This document shows positions 29,325 through 38,940 of a stretch of DNA of 64,000 nt, one piece after another; position 1 is the stretch's first letter, and the number at the start of each line of letters is the position of its first letter. The position numbers and the translations under genes were made by a program. The DNA is taken from contig JAOAJX010000002.1 of assembly GCA_026413945.1 (NCBI GenBank), forward strand, positions 21,437 through 85,436, written 5' to 3'. This DNA is from Candidatus Iainarchaeum sp. (GTDB lineage: Archaea; Iainarchaeota; Iainarchaeia; Iainarchaeales; DTGL01). The notes below the pieces were generated by a model. That model ran no database searches. It was not told the DNA's origin and was given only the letters and a program-made list of their open reading frames with translations.

Positions 29325-29774
29325 GTGTTAGGATTTGGAAAAGGAAAAATTGATTTGCAGCTAGAAAAGTTTAATTATCGCCCAGGAGAAACAATCCGCG
29401 GCAAGATTGTTCTTGCGCTCAATAAGCCGGTAAAGGCAAGGCGACTTAAAGTGAGGTTTTTTGGTGTGAGAGAAGGAAGAAAAACAGTAGTTATCGGTGG
29501 TGGTAGATCAGCGGACTACAGCAATGATATTGTATATTCTTTTGAAATGAATCTCGATGGTGAAAAGGAATACACTGGTGGTGAATATGACTTTGAGATC
29601 ATTGTTCCTCAGGATTTACTGACAAAGGTTGATCTAAGCGGTACAGGAGCTTTAGGTGCGCTGATGCAGTTTGTAATGTTAATGGCACCTAGGCCTAAAT
29701 GGTATGTTGAAGCTGCTTTAGATGTGCCAATGGGCCTTGATGTAAGCAAAAGGGTTCAGATAAACATTGGTTGA
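29325..29774 (+). CDS. SpoOM/arrestin N-domain-like protein
   Basis: IDLQLEKFNYRPGETIRGKIVL..GEYDFEIIVP..WYVEAALDVP; GGAGGT SD. Confidence 0.7.
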   Translation: MLGFGKGKIDLQLEKFNYRPGETIRGKIVLALNKPVKARRLKVRFFGVREGRKTVVIGGGRSADYSNDIVYSFEMNLDGEKEYTGGEYDFEIIVPQDLLTKVDLSGTGALGALMQFVMLMAPRPKWYVEAALDVPMGLDVSKRVQINIG

Positions 29775-29778
29775 TAAT

Positions 29779-30447
29779 TTAAAGCCATTTTTTGGCCCAA
29801 TTACAAAATCCACAGTTTTTATTAGGCTCTGGGGGCTCTTTTAGGCATAATAAGGCGAGTGCCCTCTTGAAAACTTCTGCACCTCGTTCTGGGTTTGTCA
29901 TAACTTTAACAAGATCGGATTCAAAAACGATTTCCCCAGTTTCCTTTATTTCTTTAGGATAATAAAATAAAAGATATCCATAATCTTCAGTTTCGTAGCC
30001 GTTCTTTCTGAGCAAAAGGTTGTATATGTCAAGTTGCAGCTCATAATACGAAGCACTATCTTCTTTTGGTGCAGAGCCACGTGTTTTAAAGTCAAGTACA
30101 ATAAGCTTTCCATTATGTTCTAAAATGCTGTCAATCGCACCAGCAAGCACAATTCCAGAGTTATCTATGTATTGCAACCCTCTTCTCGAATTGCGCCACT
30201 CTCGAAGCTTTTCCTTATCACTAAAAAGCTTGAAACCATCACAAAGCGCATTTTTTCTTATTTCGGGTGGCAATACGCCTTTGTCAATGTATCTGTCAAA
30301 ATGCTCTTTAATTATTTTATCCATGCCGCTTTGCAAAGAGGGAAATACAAAATCAGGCCTTTTAATGCCTTTCACAAAGTGAAGCCAAAAGCACCTCTCA
30401 CATTCAAGAAACAATGCTAAAGTTGTTGGCGAAAGCCTACACTCCAT
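29779..30447 (-). CDS. PD-(D/E)XK nuclease, Cas4/AddB-like (solo)
   Basis: LSPT..CxxC, GAID, LDFKT, QLDIY, C-terminal CGFC. Confidence 0.85.
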   Translation of the reverse strand: MECRLSPTTLALFLECERCFWLHFVKGIKRPDFVFPSLQSGMDKIIKEHFDRYIDKGVLPPEIRKNALCDGFKLFSDKEKLREWRNSRRGLQYIDNSGIVLAGAIDSILEHNGKLIVLDFKTRGSAPKEDSASYYELQLDIYNLLLRKNGYETEDYGYLLFYYPKEIKETGEIVFESDLVKVMTNPERGAEVFKRALALLCLKEPPEPNKNCGFCNWAKKWL

Positions 30448-30499
30448 GATTTTCTTCTTGTGCAATCTTCATAAAAAACTTTTACTTTATTCTGATTTT

Positions 30500-31234
30500 A
30501 TGCTTGCGGATATTCATTGCCATCTTGATGAGTTTTCAAAGCCGGAAGATCAAATAAAAAATGCAGAAAAAATGGGAGTATGCTTAATTCTTACCAATTC
30601 TGTTGATCTTAAAAGCATGCGAAAGAACATGGAAATTTCGGAAAAATTTCGTTCGGTAAAGTGTGCATTTGGTATTCATCCAAATGAGATAATTAAAATG
30701 ACAAATGATGAAATCCTTTCAACTATCACCTTTATTGAAAAAAATATTTCGCTTTGCTCAGCCATTGGCGAAACCGGCCTTGACTTTAAGTACGCTAACG
30801 AAAGGCAAAAAGCACAGCAAAAATCTATATTTGCAAGACACATCGAAATAGCCAAAAATGCAAAAATGCCAATTATTGTGCACTCGCGCATGGCACGTGA
30901 GGATTGCCTAAAAATCCTTGAGAAATATGAAGCAAGAAAGGTTGTGCTACATTGGTTTGTTTCTTGTGAAAATTTGCTTAAAAAAGCGATTTCGCTTGGT
31001 TATTATATCTCAATAGGACCAAGCGTGCTTTTTGAAAAGCATGTTCAAGAATTTGCTAAGCTTGTACCTGTGGAAAGCGTGCTTTTTGAGACAGACGCTC
31101 CGGTAGAATACAATGGAAAAAAATCCGAACCGGCTTGGATAAAAGATGTTGCTACTAAAGTTGCTGAAATAAGTGGTTTAAGCTATGGAGAGATTTGCCA
31201 CATTGCGAAAAAAAATTTAGAGAAATTATTTTAG
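30500..31234 (+). CDS. tatD: TatD family DNase
   Basis: DIHCH, GIHP, IGETGLD, HSR, ETDAP. Confidence 0.9.
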   Translation: MLADIHCHLDEFSKPEDQIKNAEKMGVCLILTNSVDLKSMRKNMEISEKFRSVKCAFGIHPNEIIKMTNDEILSTITFIEKNISLCSAIGETGLDFKYANERQKAQQKSIFARHIEIAKNAKMPIIVHSRMAREDCLKILEKYEARKVVLHWFVSCENLLKKAISLGYYISIGPSVLFEKHVQEFAKLVPVESVLFETDAPVEYNGKKSEPAWIKDVATKVAEISGLSYGEICHIAKKNLEKLF

Positions 31235-31281
31235 TCTGTTTTTGGCAAAACCTTTTATATGCCTTTTACCTAATAGTTTGC

Positions 31282-33981
31282 ATGGACTGGCATTCGATGA
31301 GTGCTTCTGATGTCCTAAAAGCCTTAAAAACAAGTTCTTCGGGCTTAACTGAAAGTGAAGTTGAGAGGCGCCTCTGCCAATATGGCAAAAATTTAATTGA
31401 GTCAGAGTACAAGATAAATCCAATAAAAATATTCCTCAAACAATTCACAGATTATTTGATTCTTATTCTAATTGCTGCTGCAGTTGTCTCATTCATAATG
31501 AGTTTACTTCCTGGCGGGGAAGGTCACGAGATTGATGCAATTCTAATTGCAATAATATTAATAGCAAATGCAACTATTGGATTTTTTCAGGAATATAAAG
31601 CCGAAAAGAGCATTCTTGCGTTGAAAAAACTTGCTGCCCCTAATGCAGTAGTTTTACGTGAGGGTTTTGAAAAAATAGTGCCTGCGGAACTAATTGTACC
31701 AGGAGATATAATAGTTCTAGAAGCCGGATCAAAAGTCCCTGCAGACGCAAGGATTATCGAGCATGTAAATCTGCAAGTTGACGAATCGATGCTAACCGGT
31801 GAAAGCATGCCTGTTTCAAAAGACTTGGAGGCGCTTCCAGAAGAAACTGTTTTGGCTGAGAGAGCAAACATGCTTTACATGAATACGTTCATAATCAGCG
31901 GCAAGGCAAAGGCGGTTGTTGTCGCCATTGGCAAGGAAACAGAAATAGGAAAAATCGCAAAGATGCTTTCAGAAGTGAAGGAAAGACCAACTCCATTTCA
32001 GGTTGAGGTTGATAAACTCGGAAAAGCAATTGGCCTTGGCGTAATTGCAATAATCTCTTTTGTGGCTGTTTTGCAATTTGCAGTAATAAATGACACTCCA
32101 TTTGAGATCTTCTTAAGATCAGTTTCTTTAGCAGTGGCTGCAGTCCCGGAAGGTCTGCCAGTCGTTGTAAGTGTTGTGCTCACTTTAGGGATAAGAAAAA
32201 TGGCAAAGAAGAGAGCACTTGCAAGAAAGCTTCCTGTTGCAGAAAGCTTAGGATCTGTGAATGTAATATGTACTGACAAAACTGGCACGCTAACAGAGAA
32301 TAAAATGACTGTTAGGAAAATATATTTCAATGGCCATACATATGATGTTACTGGCACTGGTTACGACGAAAAAGGACATTACAGTGGGGATAAAGCTATA
32401 GATGAAAATGAATTGAGGCCTTTGCTTCTTTGTGGTGTCCTTTGCAATGATGCAAAGGAGCACGTATTTCAAGATAAAAAAGAGTATTTTGGGGACCCGA
32501 CTGAAATAGCCCTATTAATTGCAGCCAAAAAGGGGCATATAGAACCAGCTGTTGAAAATTCAAAAAATACACGCATTTACGAAGTACCCTTTACTAGTGA
32601 AAGGAAAATGATGAGTGTTGTTTGCAAAAGCAATAATGAACTAGTTGTTTATACCAAGGGGGCCCCAGAGATCTTGCTTGAGCATTGTAGCCATGTTTTT
32701 ATAAATGGCAAGGAAGTAAAAATGACCACAGAAATAAAAGAAAAAATAATTAACGAGAACAAAGAGATGGCTAAAAATGCATTGAGGGTTCTTGCCTTCG
32801 CTACTAAAAAAATTAGCGCTTTGGATCTCAACGAAAAAACTATTGAAAAAAATCTTGTTTTTTTGGGTTTGCAAGGTATGATAGATCCACCAAGAGCCGG
32901 TGTCAAAGAAGCACTTGAGGATTGCAGAAGAGCTGGTATAAAAGTAATAATGGTAACCGGTGACAACCTTGATACTGCAATTGCAATAGGAAAAGAGCTT
33001 GGCTTTAATGTCAAAAATGCTACAAGCAGCAAAGATCTTGAAAATATGGGTGATGAAGAACTAAAAAGCAAAATTGATTCAGTAGAGATTTTTGCAAGAG
33101 TTACACCAATACAAAAGGTAAGGATTGTGGATGCGCTACACGCTAAAAACTACATTGTAGCAATGACTGGTGATGGTGCAAATGATGCTTTAGCTTTAAA
33201 AAAAGCTGATGTTGGCATTTCGATGGGCATACGTGGCACAGATGTTGCTAAAGAAGTAAGTGATCTTGTTTTGCTTGATGACAATTTTGTCACTATAAGA
33301 GATGCTGTAGAAGAGGGTCGTGCCATATTCGACAACATAAAGAAGTTTGTGACTTACATGCTATCAGCAAACTTGGGCGAAGTACTTGTAGTTTTTTTCT
33401 TTACAATTATGCAATTATTCCACAGCTTTGGCGATAATGTCGCGATACTAACAGCAGCACAGCTATTGTGGATTAACATGCTAACAGACAGTATGCCAGC
33501 AATTGCACTCGGTCTAGACCCAGCTGCAAAGAATATAATGGAAAGAAAGCCGAGAAAAGCGGAGGAAGGTGTTATAGACCAAAAAGTTCTTTTCTCAATA
33601 ATTAGCATAGGGCTTATTATGTCTGTAATTATACTTTTGACTTTTATGTATGCCTTCTTATATTCAACAGATAAAACAAATCGTTTCTTAAGGGCGCAAA
33701 CAATTGCTTTTACGAGCGTAGTCGTTTTTGAATTGGTGCGTGCAAATATTGTAAGAGCAAATTATAAAATAAACATACTCGCAAACAAATGGCTTTGGGC
33801 TTCTCTGATATTTGCTATGATTTTGCAATTTATTATATTGTACACTCCATTAAATACAGTTTTCAAAATAGTGCCATTGTCTTTCTACGACTGGCTTCTG
33901 ATTTTAGTTTCTACTATAATATTTACAGCAATAATGTTTTTAGTCACCAAAGCAGAAAAAATAATTTTTGTTGGTGAGTAA
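31282..33981 (+). CDS. P-type (IIA, Ca2+-like) cation-transporting ATPase
   Basis: TGES, PEGL, DKTGT, KGAPE, GDGAND; start refined. Confidence 0.95.
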   Translation: MDWHSMSASDVLKALKTSSSGLTESEVERRLCQYGKNLIESEYKINPIKIFLKQFTDYLILILIAAAVVSFIMSLLPGGEGHEIDAILIAIILIANATIGFFQEYKAEKSILALKKLAAPNAVVLREGFEKIVPAELIVPGDIIVLEAGSKVPADARIIEHVNLQVDESMLTGESMPVSKDLEALPEETVLAERANMLYMNTFIISGKAKAVVVAIGKETEIGKIAKMLSEVKERPTPFQVEVDKLGKAIGLGVIAIISFVAVLQFAVINDTPFEIFLRSVSLAVAAVPEGLPVVVSVVLTLGIRKMAKKRALARKLPVAESLGSVNVICTDKTGTLTENKMTVRKIYFNGHTYDVTGTGYDEKGHYSGDKAIDENELRPLLLCGVLCNDAKEHVFQDKKEYFGDPTEIALLIAAKKGHIEPAVENSKNTRIYEVPFTSERKMMSVVCKSNNELVVYTKGAPEILLEHCSHVFINGKEVKMTTEIKEKIINENKEMAKNALRVLAFATKKISALDLNEKTIEKNLVFLGLQGMIDPPRAGVKEALEDCRRAGIKVIMVTGDNLDTAIAIGKELGFNVKNATSSKDLENMGDEELKSKIDSVEIFARVTPIQKVRIVDALHAKNYIVAMTGDGANDALALKKADVGISMGIRGTDVAKEVSDLVLLDDNFVTIRDAVEEGRAIFDNIKKFVTYMLSANLGEVLVVFFFTIMQLFHSFGDNVAILTAAQLLWINMLTDSMPAIALGLDPAAKNIMERKPRKAEEGVIDQKVLFSIISIGLIMSVIILLTFMYAFLYSTDKTNRFLRAQTIAFTSVVVFELVRANIVRANYKINILANKWLWASLIFAMILQFIILYTPLNTVFKIVPLSFYDWLLILVSTIIFTAIMFLVTKAEKIIFVGE

Positions 33982-34479
33982 ATGGATTTCTTCGAAGTTG
34001 TTAATAGAAGGTTTTCTGCAAGAAAATACTTACAAAAAAGCATGGATAAACACTTACTTGATACAATCCTAGAAACCGTAACAAAAGCACCAAGTGCAGG
34101 AAACCTTAAAGCATATAAAATTCTTGCATTAAATAATAAAGAAATCAAGAGCGAACTTGCTAAAGCTGCATTTAACCAAAATTTCATTTTTGAGGCACCT
34201 GTAGTTTTAGTTTTTTGCGCATTACCTGAAATAAGTTCGGCAGTATACGGCAAAAGAGGCGCAGAACTTTATAGCATACAAGACGCAACAATTGCTGCAA
34301 GCTATGCGCAGTTAGCTGCAACAGCAGTTGGTTTAGCGACATGTTGGGTTGGTGCGTTTGATGAAGATTTGGTCAAGAAGATTCTCGGACTAGTTAATGA
34401 AAGGCCTATAGTTTTGATGCCAATTGGATTTGCCGCAGAAAATAAAATAAGCAAGAAAAATTATATAAAAAATAAATAA
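33982..34479 (+). CDS. nitroreductase family protein
   Basis: RRFSAR, APSAGN, GLATCWVGAF. Confidence 0.9.
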   Translation: MDFFEVVNRRFSARKYLQKSMDKHLLDTILETVTKAPSAGNLKAYKILALNNKEIKSELAKAAFNQNFIFEAPVVLVFCALPEISSAVYGKRGAELYSIQDATIAASYAQLAATAVGLATCWVGAFDEDLVKKILGLVNERPIVLMPIGFAAENKISKKNYIKNK

Positions 34480-34499
34480 AAGTTTAAGTAAAATCTAAA

Positions 34500-34532
34500 T
34501 TACTTCTTCTTTGCCTTCTTCTTTGCCGCCAC
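34500..34532 (-). CDS. putative 10-aa microprotein MAAKKKAKKK
   Basis: GGGGGTGA SD 4 nt before GTG, (GCA AAG AAG AAG)x2 then TAA, upstream TATA-like TTAAATAG. Confidence 0.55.
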   Translation of the reverse strand: MAAKKKAKKK

Positions 34533-34626
34533 CACTTCACCCCCTTGCTAATTTAGATACACCAATAGATGTAAGAACAACTATTTAATTGTTTTGGTAA
34601 GAAAACAAGTTTTGGGAGAAAAAAGT

Positions 34627-34646
34627 ATATGAAAAATTTTTCATAT
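34627..34646. repeat. perfect 20-bp palindrome ATATGAAAAATTTTTCATAT
   Basis: Read directly; lies just past the ABC permease stop codon. Confidence 0.7.
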
Positions 34647-34656
34647 GTAAATTTTT

Positions 34657-35802
34657 TCATTCTGCCCTTAGCGCTTCAATTGGGTCAAACTTACTTGCCT
34701 TCCAAGCTGGGTAAAGCCCTGCAAACAAGCCTATAAGTACAGCAAAAAGAAAGGACTCAATAGCCAATGCTGGCGATATATACAATCTTACAGGTATTTT
34801 TCCATATAAATAATCAGCAATCAATACGCCAAACATAAGCCCTAGCACACCACCAAACACTCCAATTATGGTAGACTCATAGAGGATCATCTTTATTATT
34901 GTACCATTGGTCCACCCAGATGCTTTCAGAATGCCAATTTCCTTGTAGCGCTCCATAACGCTCATAAGCATTGTGTTGAGTATGCCAACTGCAGCCACTA
35001 ATGAGGCTATTGATGCAACAGCCATCACAAGTAGCCTGATGTTTCCTAAGACACCAGATAATGACTCAGTAAACTGGCTTGAACTCACTACACGATAATT
35101 GTCACCAAGCTTAAATTTTATAAGTTTTGCCATTTTTTCTGAATTTTCTGGATTTTCGAGTTCTACGCTTATCTGCGTAACCTTATTCTTTGGAAAACTT
35201 ATTAGGTCGCGCAATTCATCAATGTCCATCAGAATACCATAGTTGAATAGCTTTGAACCAGTTCTGTAAACACCAACGATAACAAATTGCTTATCATTTA
35301 TCTTTATTTTGTTTCCAACAAATTTTCGGTAATCATCAGATATGCCTTCCCCTATAACAACACTTCCTTTTTCACCCGGTTGTAGATTCCTGCCCTTAAG
35401 AATTTCGCCGGTTACTCCGCCGACTGTCTGACCGCTTTTTTCAAAAACCGTACCAAAAAGCCTTATGGTGCCGGTCATACTCATCGAACCCAGTGGTGTT
35501 TCCTTGCCATCTATGCTTCTAGTAAGCGCAGTTATAACCGGTGTTGCCTTTTTTATACCAGGCATTCTTCTCAATTCGTAAACTATTTTTTCGTCAGTTT
35601 GCGCATATATTGGGCCATAAGCACTTCTTTCAAAAACAATTATGCCCTGAACCTGAGAAATTGTATTTTTTATCTCAAGAAAGAGACCATCTGCCAATGC
35701 AGTCATTAAGATTATCGCAAGTACTCCAACTGCTATCATTCCAACTGAAAGAAATGTTCGCAACTTTTTTCGTTGCAGGTTCATCAAGGCTGTCTTAAAC
35801 AC
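34657..35802 (-). CDS. MacB/FtsX-type ABC permease
   Basis: RTFLS..G, NTMLMSVMERYKEIGILKASG, YPAWKASKFDPIEALR. Confidence 0.9.
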   Translation of the reverse strand: MFKTALMNLQRKKLRTFLSVGMIAVGVLAIILMTALADGLFLEIKNTISQVQGIIVFERSAYGPIYAQTDEKIVYELRRMPGIKKATPVITALTRSIDGKETPLGSMSMTGTIRLFGTVFEKSGQTVGGVTGEILKGRNLQPGEKGSVVIGEGISDDYRKFVGNKIKINDKQFVIVGVYRTGSKLFNYGILMDIDELRDLISFPKNKVTQISVELENPENSEKMAKLIKFKLGDNYRVVSSSQFTESLSGVLGNIRLLVMAVASIASLVAAVGILNTMLMSVMERYKEIGILKASGWTNGTIIKMILYESTIIGVFGGVLGLMFGVLIADYLYGKIPVRLYISPALAIESFLFAVLIGLFAGLYPAWKASKFDPIEALRAE

Positions 35803-35803
35803 C

Positions 35804-36496
35804 TTATCTTTCCTCCATTTTATCAATAAGGCCATCTTTTATGTAAAGAATTCTATTGCCATATTTTGTAAGGGACAAGTCATGTGTTACTATTATGAAA
35901 GTTTTATTTTTTTCCTTGTTCATCTTTTGCAATGTATCCATTATTTGCATAGTTGTTTTGCTGTCAAGGTTTCCTGTTGGTTCATCAGCAAGTACAATTT
36001 TAGGATCGTTTATTAAGGCCCTTGCAATTGCTACTCTTTGTGATTCACCACCGCTAAGCTCTGTGGGTTTGTGGAACATTCTATGTTCAACACCCACTAT
36101 TTTGAGCAACTCCTTGGCTCTCTTAATCTTTTCGATATCATCGATTTTAGTTGGCTCGAGAGGTAGCATTACATTTTCCAAGGCATTAAGAGTCGGAATC
36201 AAGTGAAAAGATTGGAATACAAAGCCAATGAATTTCCTCCTAAGCATAGCTAAGCCCCAATCGTCAAGTGTTTGCAAATCCTTTCCGTTTATAAAAACTT
36301 TTCCTGAGCTCGGTTTATCGAGAGCACCCATCAAATGCAACATAGTGCTTTTTCCGGAGCCACTAGGGCCTATTATCACAATGAAGTCGCCTTCGTATAC
36401 ATCGAGGGTGACGCCGCAGAGTGCCTTTACTTTTACCTTTCCCATGGTGTATTCTTTACAGACATTTTTCATTTCAATAACCTTTTTTTTAGGCAC
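35804..36496 (-). CDS. ABC transporter ATPase (LolD/MacB type)
   Basis: GPSGSGKS, LSGGE, ADEPTGNLD. Confidence 0.95.
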   Translation of the reverse strand: MPKKKVIEMKNVCKEYTMGKVKVKALCGVTLDVYEGDFIVIIGPSGSGKSTMLHLMGALDKPSSGKVFINGKDLQTLDDWGLAMLRRKFIGFVFQSFHLIPTLNALENVMLPLEPTKIDDIEKIKRAKELLKIVGVEHRMFHKPTELSGGESQRVAIARALINDPKIVLADEPTGNLDSKTTMQIMDTLQKMNKEKNKTFIIVTHDLSLTKYGNRILYIKDGLIDKMEER

Positions 36497-37631
36497 CCCT
36501 CATCGCCTCCACAGGATCCAGCTTTGCTGCTCGATATGCAGGATACGCTCCTGCAAATAAACCCACAAAAAATGCAAAAAGCGCAGCTTGGACAACTGAG
36601 TTTGTAGTTACTAGGGTTGGTATTCCAAAATAAGTGTCTATATAATGTGCTATTGCTATGCCGATAAATATTCCAATGAGGCCTCCAAGCAAACCCATAA
36701 ATGCAGATTCTAGCAAGATCAATTTCATTATGCTCCAGCTAGTCCAACCGGATGCTTTTAAAGTGCCTATTTCTTTATAGCGCTCCATAACGCTCATCAG
36801 TATAGTATTAATTATGCCCATTGCCGCAACAAAAGCAGATATTGCTGCAATTGCAAATGCAACTATGTTAAAGTTTCCAAGCATGTTAGAGACGGTTTCA
36901 GAAAAATCGCTAGTTGCCATTGCTTCAACTTGAGAACCATATAAGAAATTTATAAGCTGTGCAACTTTTTTGTCTTCTTTTGGGTCTTCAAGTTCAACAT
37001 AGAATGTGTTAACTTTATCTTTACTTATGCCTGCAAGTTCTCTAGCAACATCTATATCCATCACAATTATATTGCCATAAAGTTCAGACTCTGTCTTTAA
37101 TATGCCCTTTACCTTAAACTGTTTCTCATTCACTCTTATATTGGAGCCTACAAACTTTTTTCTGTCATCAGCTATGTTTTTTCCCAAGAGAACATAACTT
37201 TTGTCATTGCTGCCTAGCATTTCGCCACGCTCTAATTCACCAATCCACCCAGAACCGCGAAGTTTTTTGTATTGTGCCGGATCTATGCCATATATAAAGA
37301 CAAAAGAAGACATTGAGGTAAACCTCAATGGTTGATTATCTATGGACTTTGGAGCAGCCCATATCTCAGAAACTACTGTTCTTACACCTTGCACATTTGT
37401 TAGCTTTTGCCCCAATGATTCTTCAAGCCTAGAAAAAGGCTGGTCCGCAACGCCTTTTTGCATTACCATTACGCCTTGAAAAGAGCCAAAAACAGAGGTC
37501 ATCTCATTGTATATCCCGTCTATGACTGCAGTCAGTGTTATAAGCGCAGTTATGCCTATCACAATGCCCAGCACTGCTAAAAATGTCCTTATTTTTCTCC
37601 TGAAAAGGTTGAAGAAAGCTAACTTTATCAT
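36489..37631 (-). CDS. MacB/FtsX-type ABC permease
   Basis: Paralog of the 34657 gene; SVMERYKEIG, YPAYRAAKLDPVEAMR. Confidence 0.9.
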   Translation of the reverse strand: MIKLAFFNLFRRKIRTFLAVLGIVIGITALITLTAVIDGIYNEMTSVFGSFQGVMVMQKGVADQPFSRLEESLGQKLTNVQGVRTVVSEIWAAPKSIDNQPLRFTSMSSFVFIYGIDPAQYKKLRGSGWIGELERGEMLGSNDKSYVLLGKNIADDRKKFVGSNIRVNEKQFKVKGILKTESELYGNIIVMDIDVARELAGISKDKVNTFYVELEDPKEDKKVAQLINFLYGSQVEAMATSDFSETVSNMLGNFNIVAFAIAAISAFVAAMGIINTILMSVMERYKEIGTLKASGWTSWSIMKLILLESAFMGLLGGLIGIFIGIAIAHYIDTYFGIPTLVTTNSVVQAALFAFFVGLFAGAYPAYRAAKLDPVEAMRGA

Positions 37632-37649
37632 CTTCTATCATCGGCCAAA

Positions 37650-38879
37650 TTAGAGCTTCCTTAAAGCAAGTTGTCTTATTATCAGCTTTATTATGATATA
37701 AACAAGAACTAATATTATGATTATGAATACATAGTGCATGTATTGGCTTGGTTCTGGGGCTGCTGCAACATAAACAGAGTAGGCAGTATGCAACTTCTGC
37801 TCTTTTTGCATTTCATCGAGGTATGTTATTGTTATCTTTATTTCATGGTAGCCAATGGTTGCGTTTTTATCCACGCTCAAATCAAAAATGGCTGATCCGG
37901 AATCCTCACTTTTTATTTCACCAATGTATGCGCTTTTGGAGCCAACAAGTGACGAATCGTTTTCTATATTCACTATGACCTTTTTTGCACTCTCTTTACC
38001 AAGATTATCAAGCTGCACTGCAAGTGAAATATTGTCACCTTGCATTATTTTTTTATCGTCTCTACCTGAAATTGAGTAATCTATGCCGGAGATTATAATG
38101 TCAGGTCTGCCGTATAAGTGTATGGAAAAAATCTGTGTCTTCGTTTCGCAGTCCCTACAGCCAGCGCTCAGTTTAAAGGCATAAGTGCCTGGCTTTGATG
38201 CCTCGCTTGCAGTTATTTCAAATGCAATTTTTTTTGATTCTCCCACAGTCATATTTCCAAGTTCTTGCCTCATGTCTGACTGCAATATGAAGCCCGGCGC
38301 CGTATTTGCGCCCAAAATAGATAGCTCAGCATAAACATTTCTTGCTTCTAATGAGCCAGCATTTACTATATCTGCGCTTATAACAATTTTATCACCAATA
38401 TGTGGGAAATAATTTGAAGATCTTACGTTTGAGATAGAAACATCATATATGTCAGATATAAGCAAGTTTATGTACCTGTTGTCATTTATGTCAATAATAC
38501 CACTTTTATATTTCATAAAAAGAGTTAAAGTATAAGTGCCAGAAGGCAAATCTCGCGGTGTATCAAAAACAAACACCACTGTTTTTTTCTCTTTCGGTTT
38601 TATGGCATCAACAATTTGTTCAACCGCACCTCTCTTAAACTGAGCTGGAAATAAAAGCTGAAGTTTAATATTTTCAGCAGTTGTGTAAAGCCCTATATTT
38701 TCTAGAGTTATGGCTAAGTTTACTGAATTGCCTGGATAAGCCACAGTTGGTTTCTGTAAAGTAGAATCAATTCTAAGTAGATAATAAGGGTCTGCCGGCT
38801 GTTGTGCCAAGGAGATATTTGGATAGATAAGAACAAATAAAATTAATATCAAATAACTATGCTTACAGCTGCTTACCAT
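37650..38879 (-). CDS. COG1361 S-layer-domain/CARDB-like protein of the ABC operon
   Basis: Signal peptide, three beta domains with NxG..A.NV motifs, C-terminal TM; typical context with MacB-type ABC genes. Confidence 0.75.
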   Translation of the reverse strand: MVSSCKHSYLILILFVLIYPNISLAQQPADPYYLLRIDSTLQKPTVAYPGNSVNLAITLENIGLYTTAENIKLQLLFPAQFKRGAVEQIVDAIKPKEKKTVVFVFDTPRDLPSGTYTLTLFMKYKSGIIDINDNRYINLLISDIYDVSISNVRSSNYFPHIGDKIVISADIVNAGSLEARNVYAELSILGANTAPGFILQSDMRQELGNMTVGESKKIAFEITASEASKPGTYAFKLSAGCRDCETKTQIFSIHLYGRPDIIISGIDYSISGRDDKKIMQGDNISLAVQLDNLGKESAKKVIVNIENDSSLVGSKSAYIGEIKSEDSGSAIFDLSVDKNATIGYHEIKITITYLDEMQKEQKLHTAYSVYVAAAPEPSQYMHYVFIIIILVLVYIIIKLIIRQLALRKL

Positions 38880-38919
38880 CTTAATCACATTTAATTTTAA
38901 CATGGGTATTATTTTAAAC

Positions 38920-38936
38920 ATATCGGAATCCGATAT
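38920..38936. promoter_or_regulatory. candidate PadR operator
   Basis: Perfect inverted repeat ATATCGGA-A-TCCGATAT between the TATA box (TTTTAAAC) and the padR ATG. Confidence 0.7.
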
Positions 38937-38940
38937 AATT

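Noticed and set aside
29779-30447. CRISPR-Cas adaptation module
   Set aside because: The Cas4-like gene is solo, with no cas1, cas2 or array in the window
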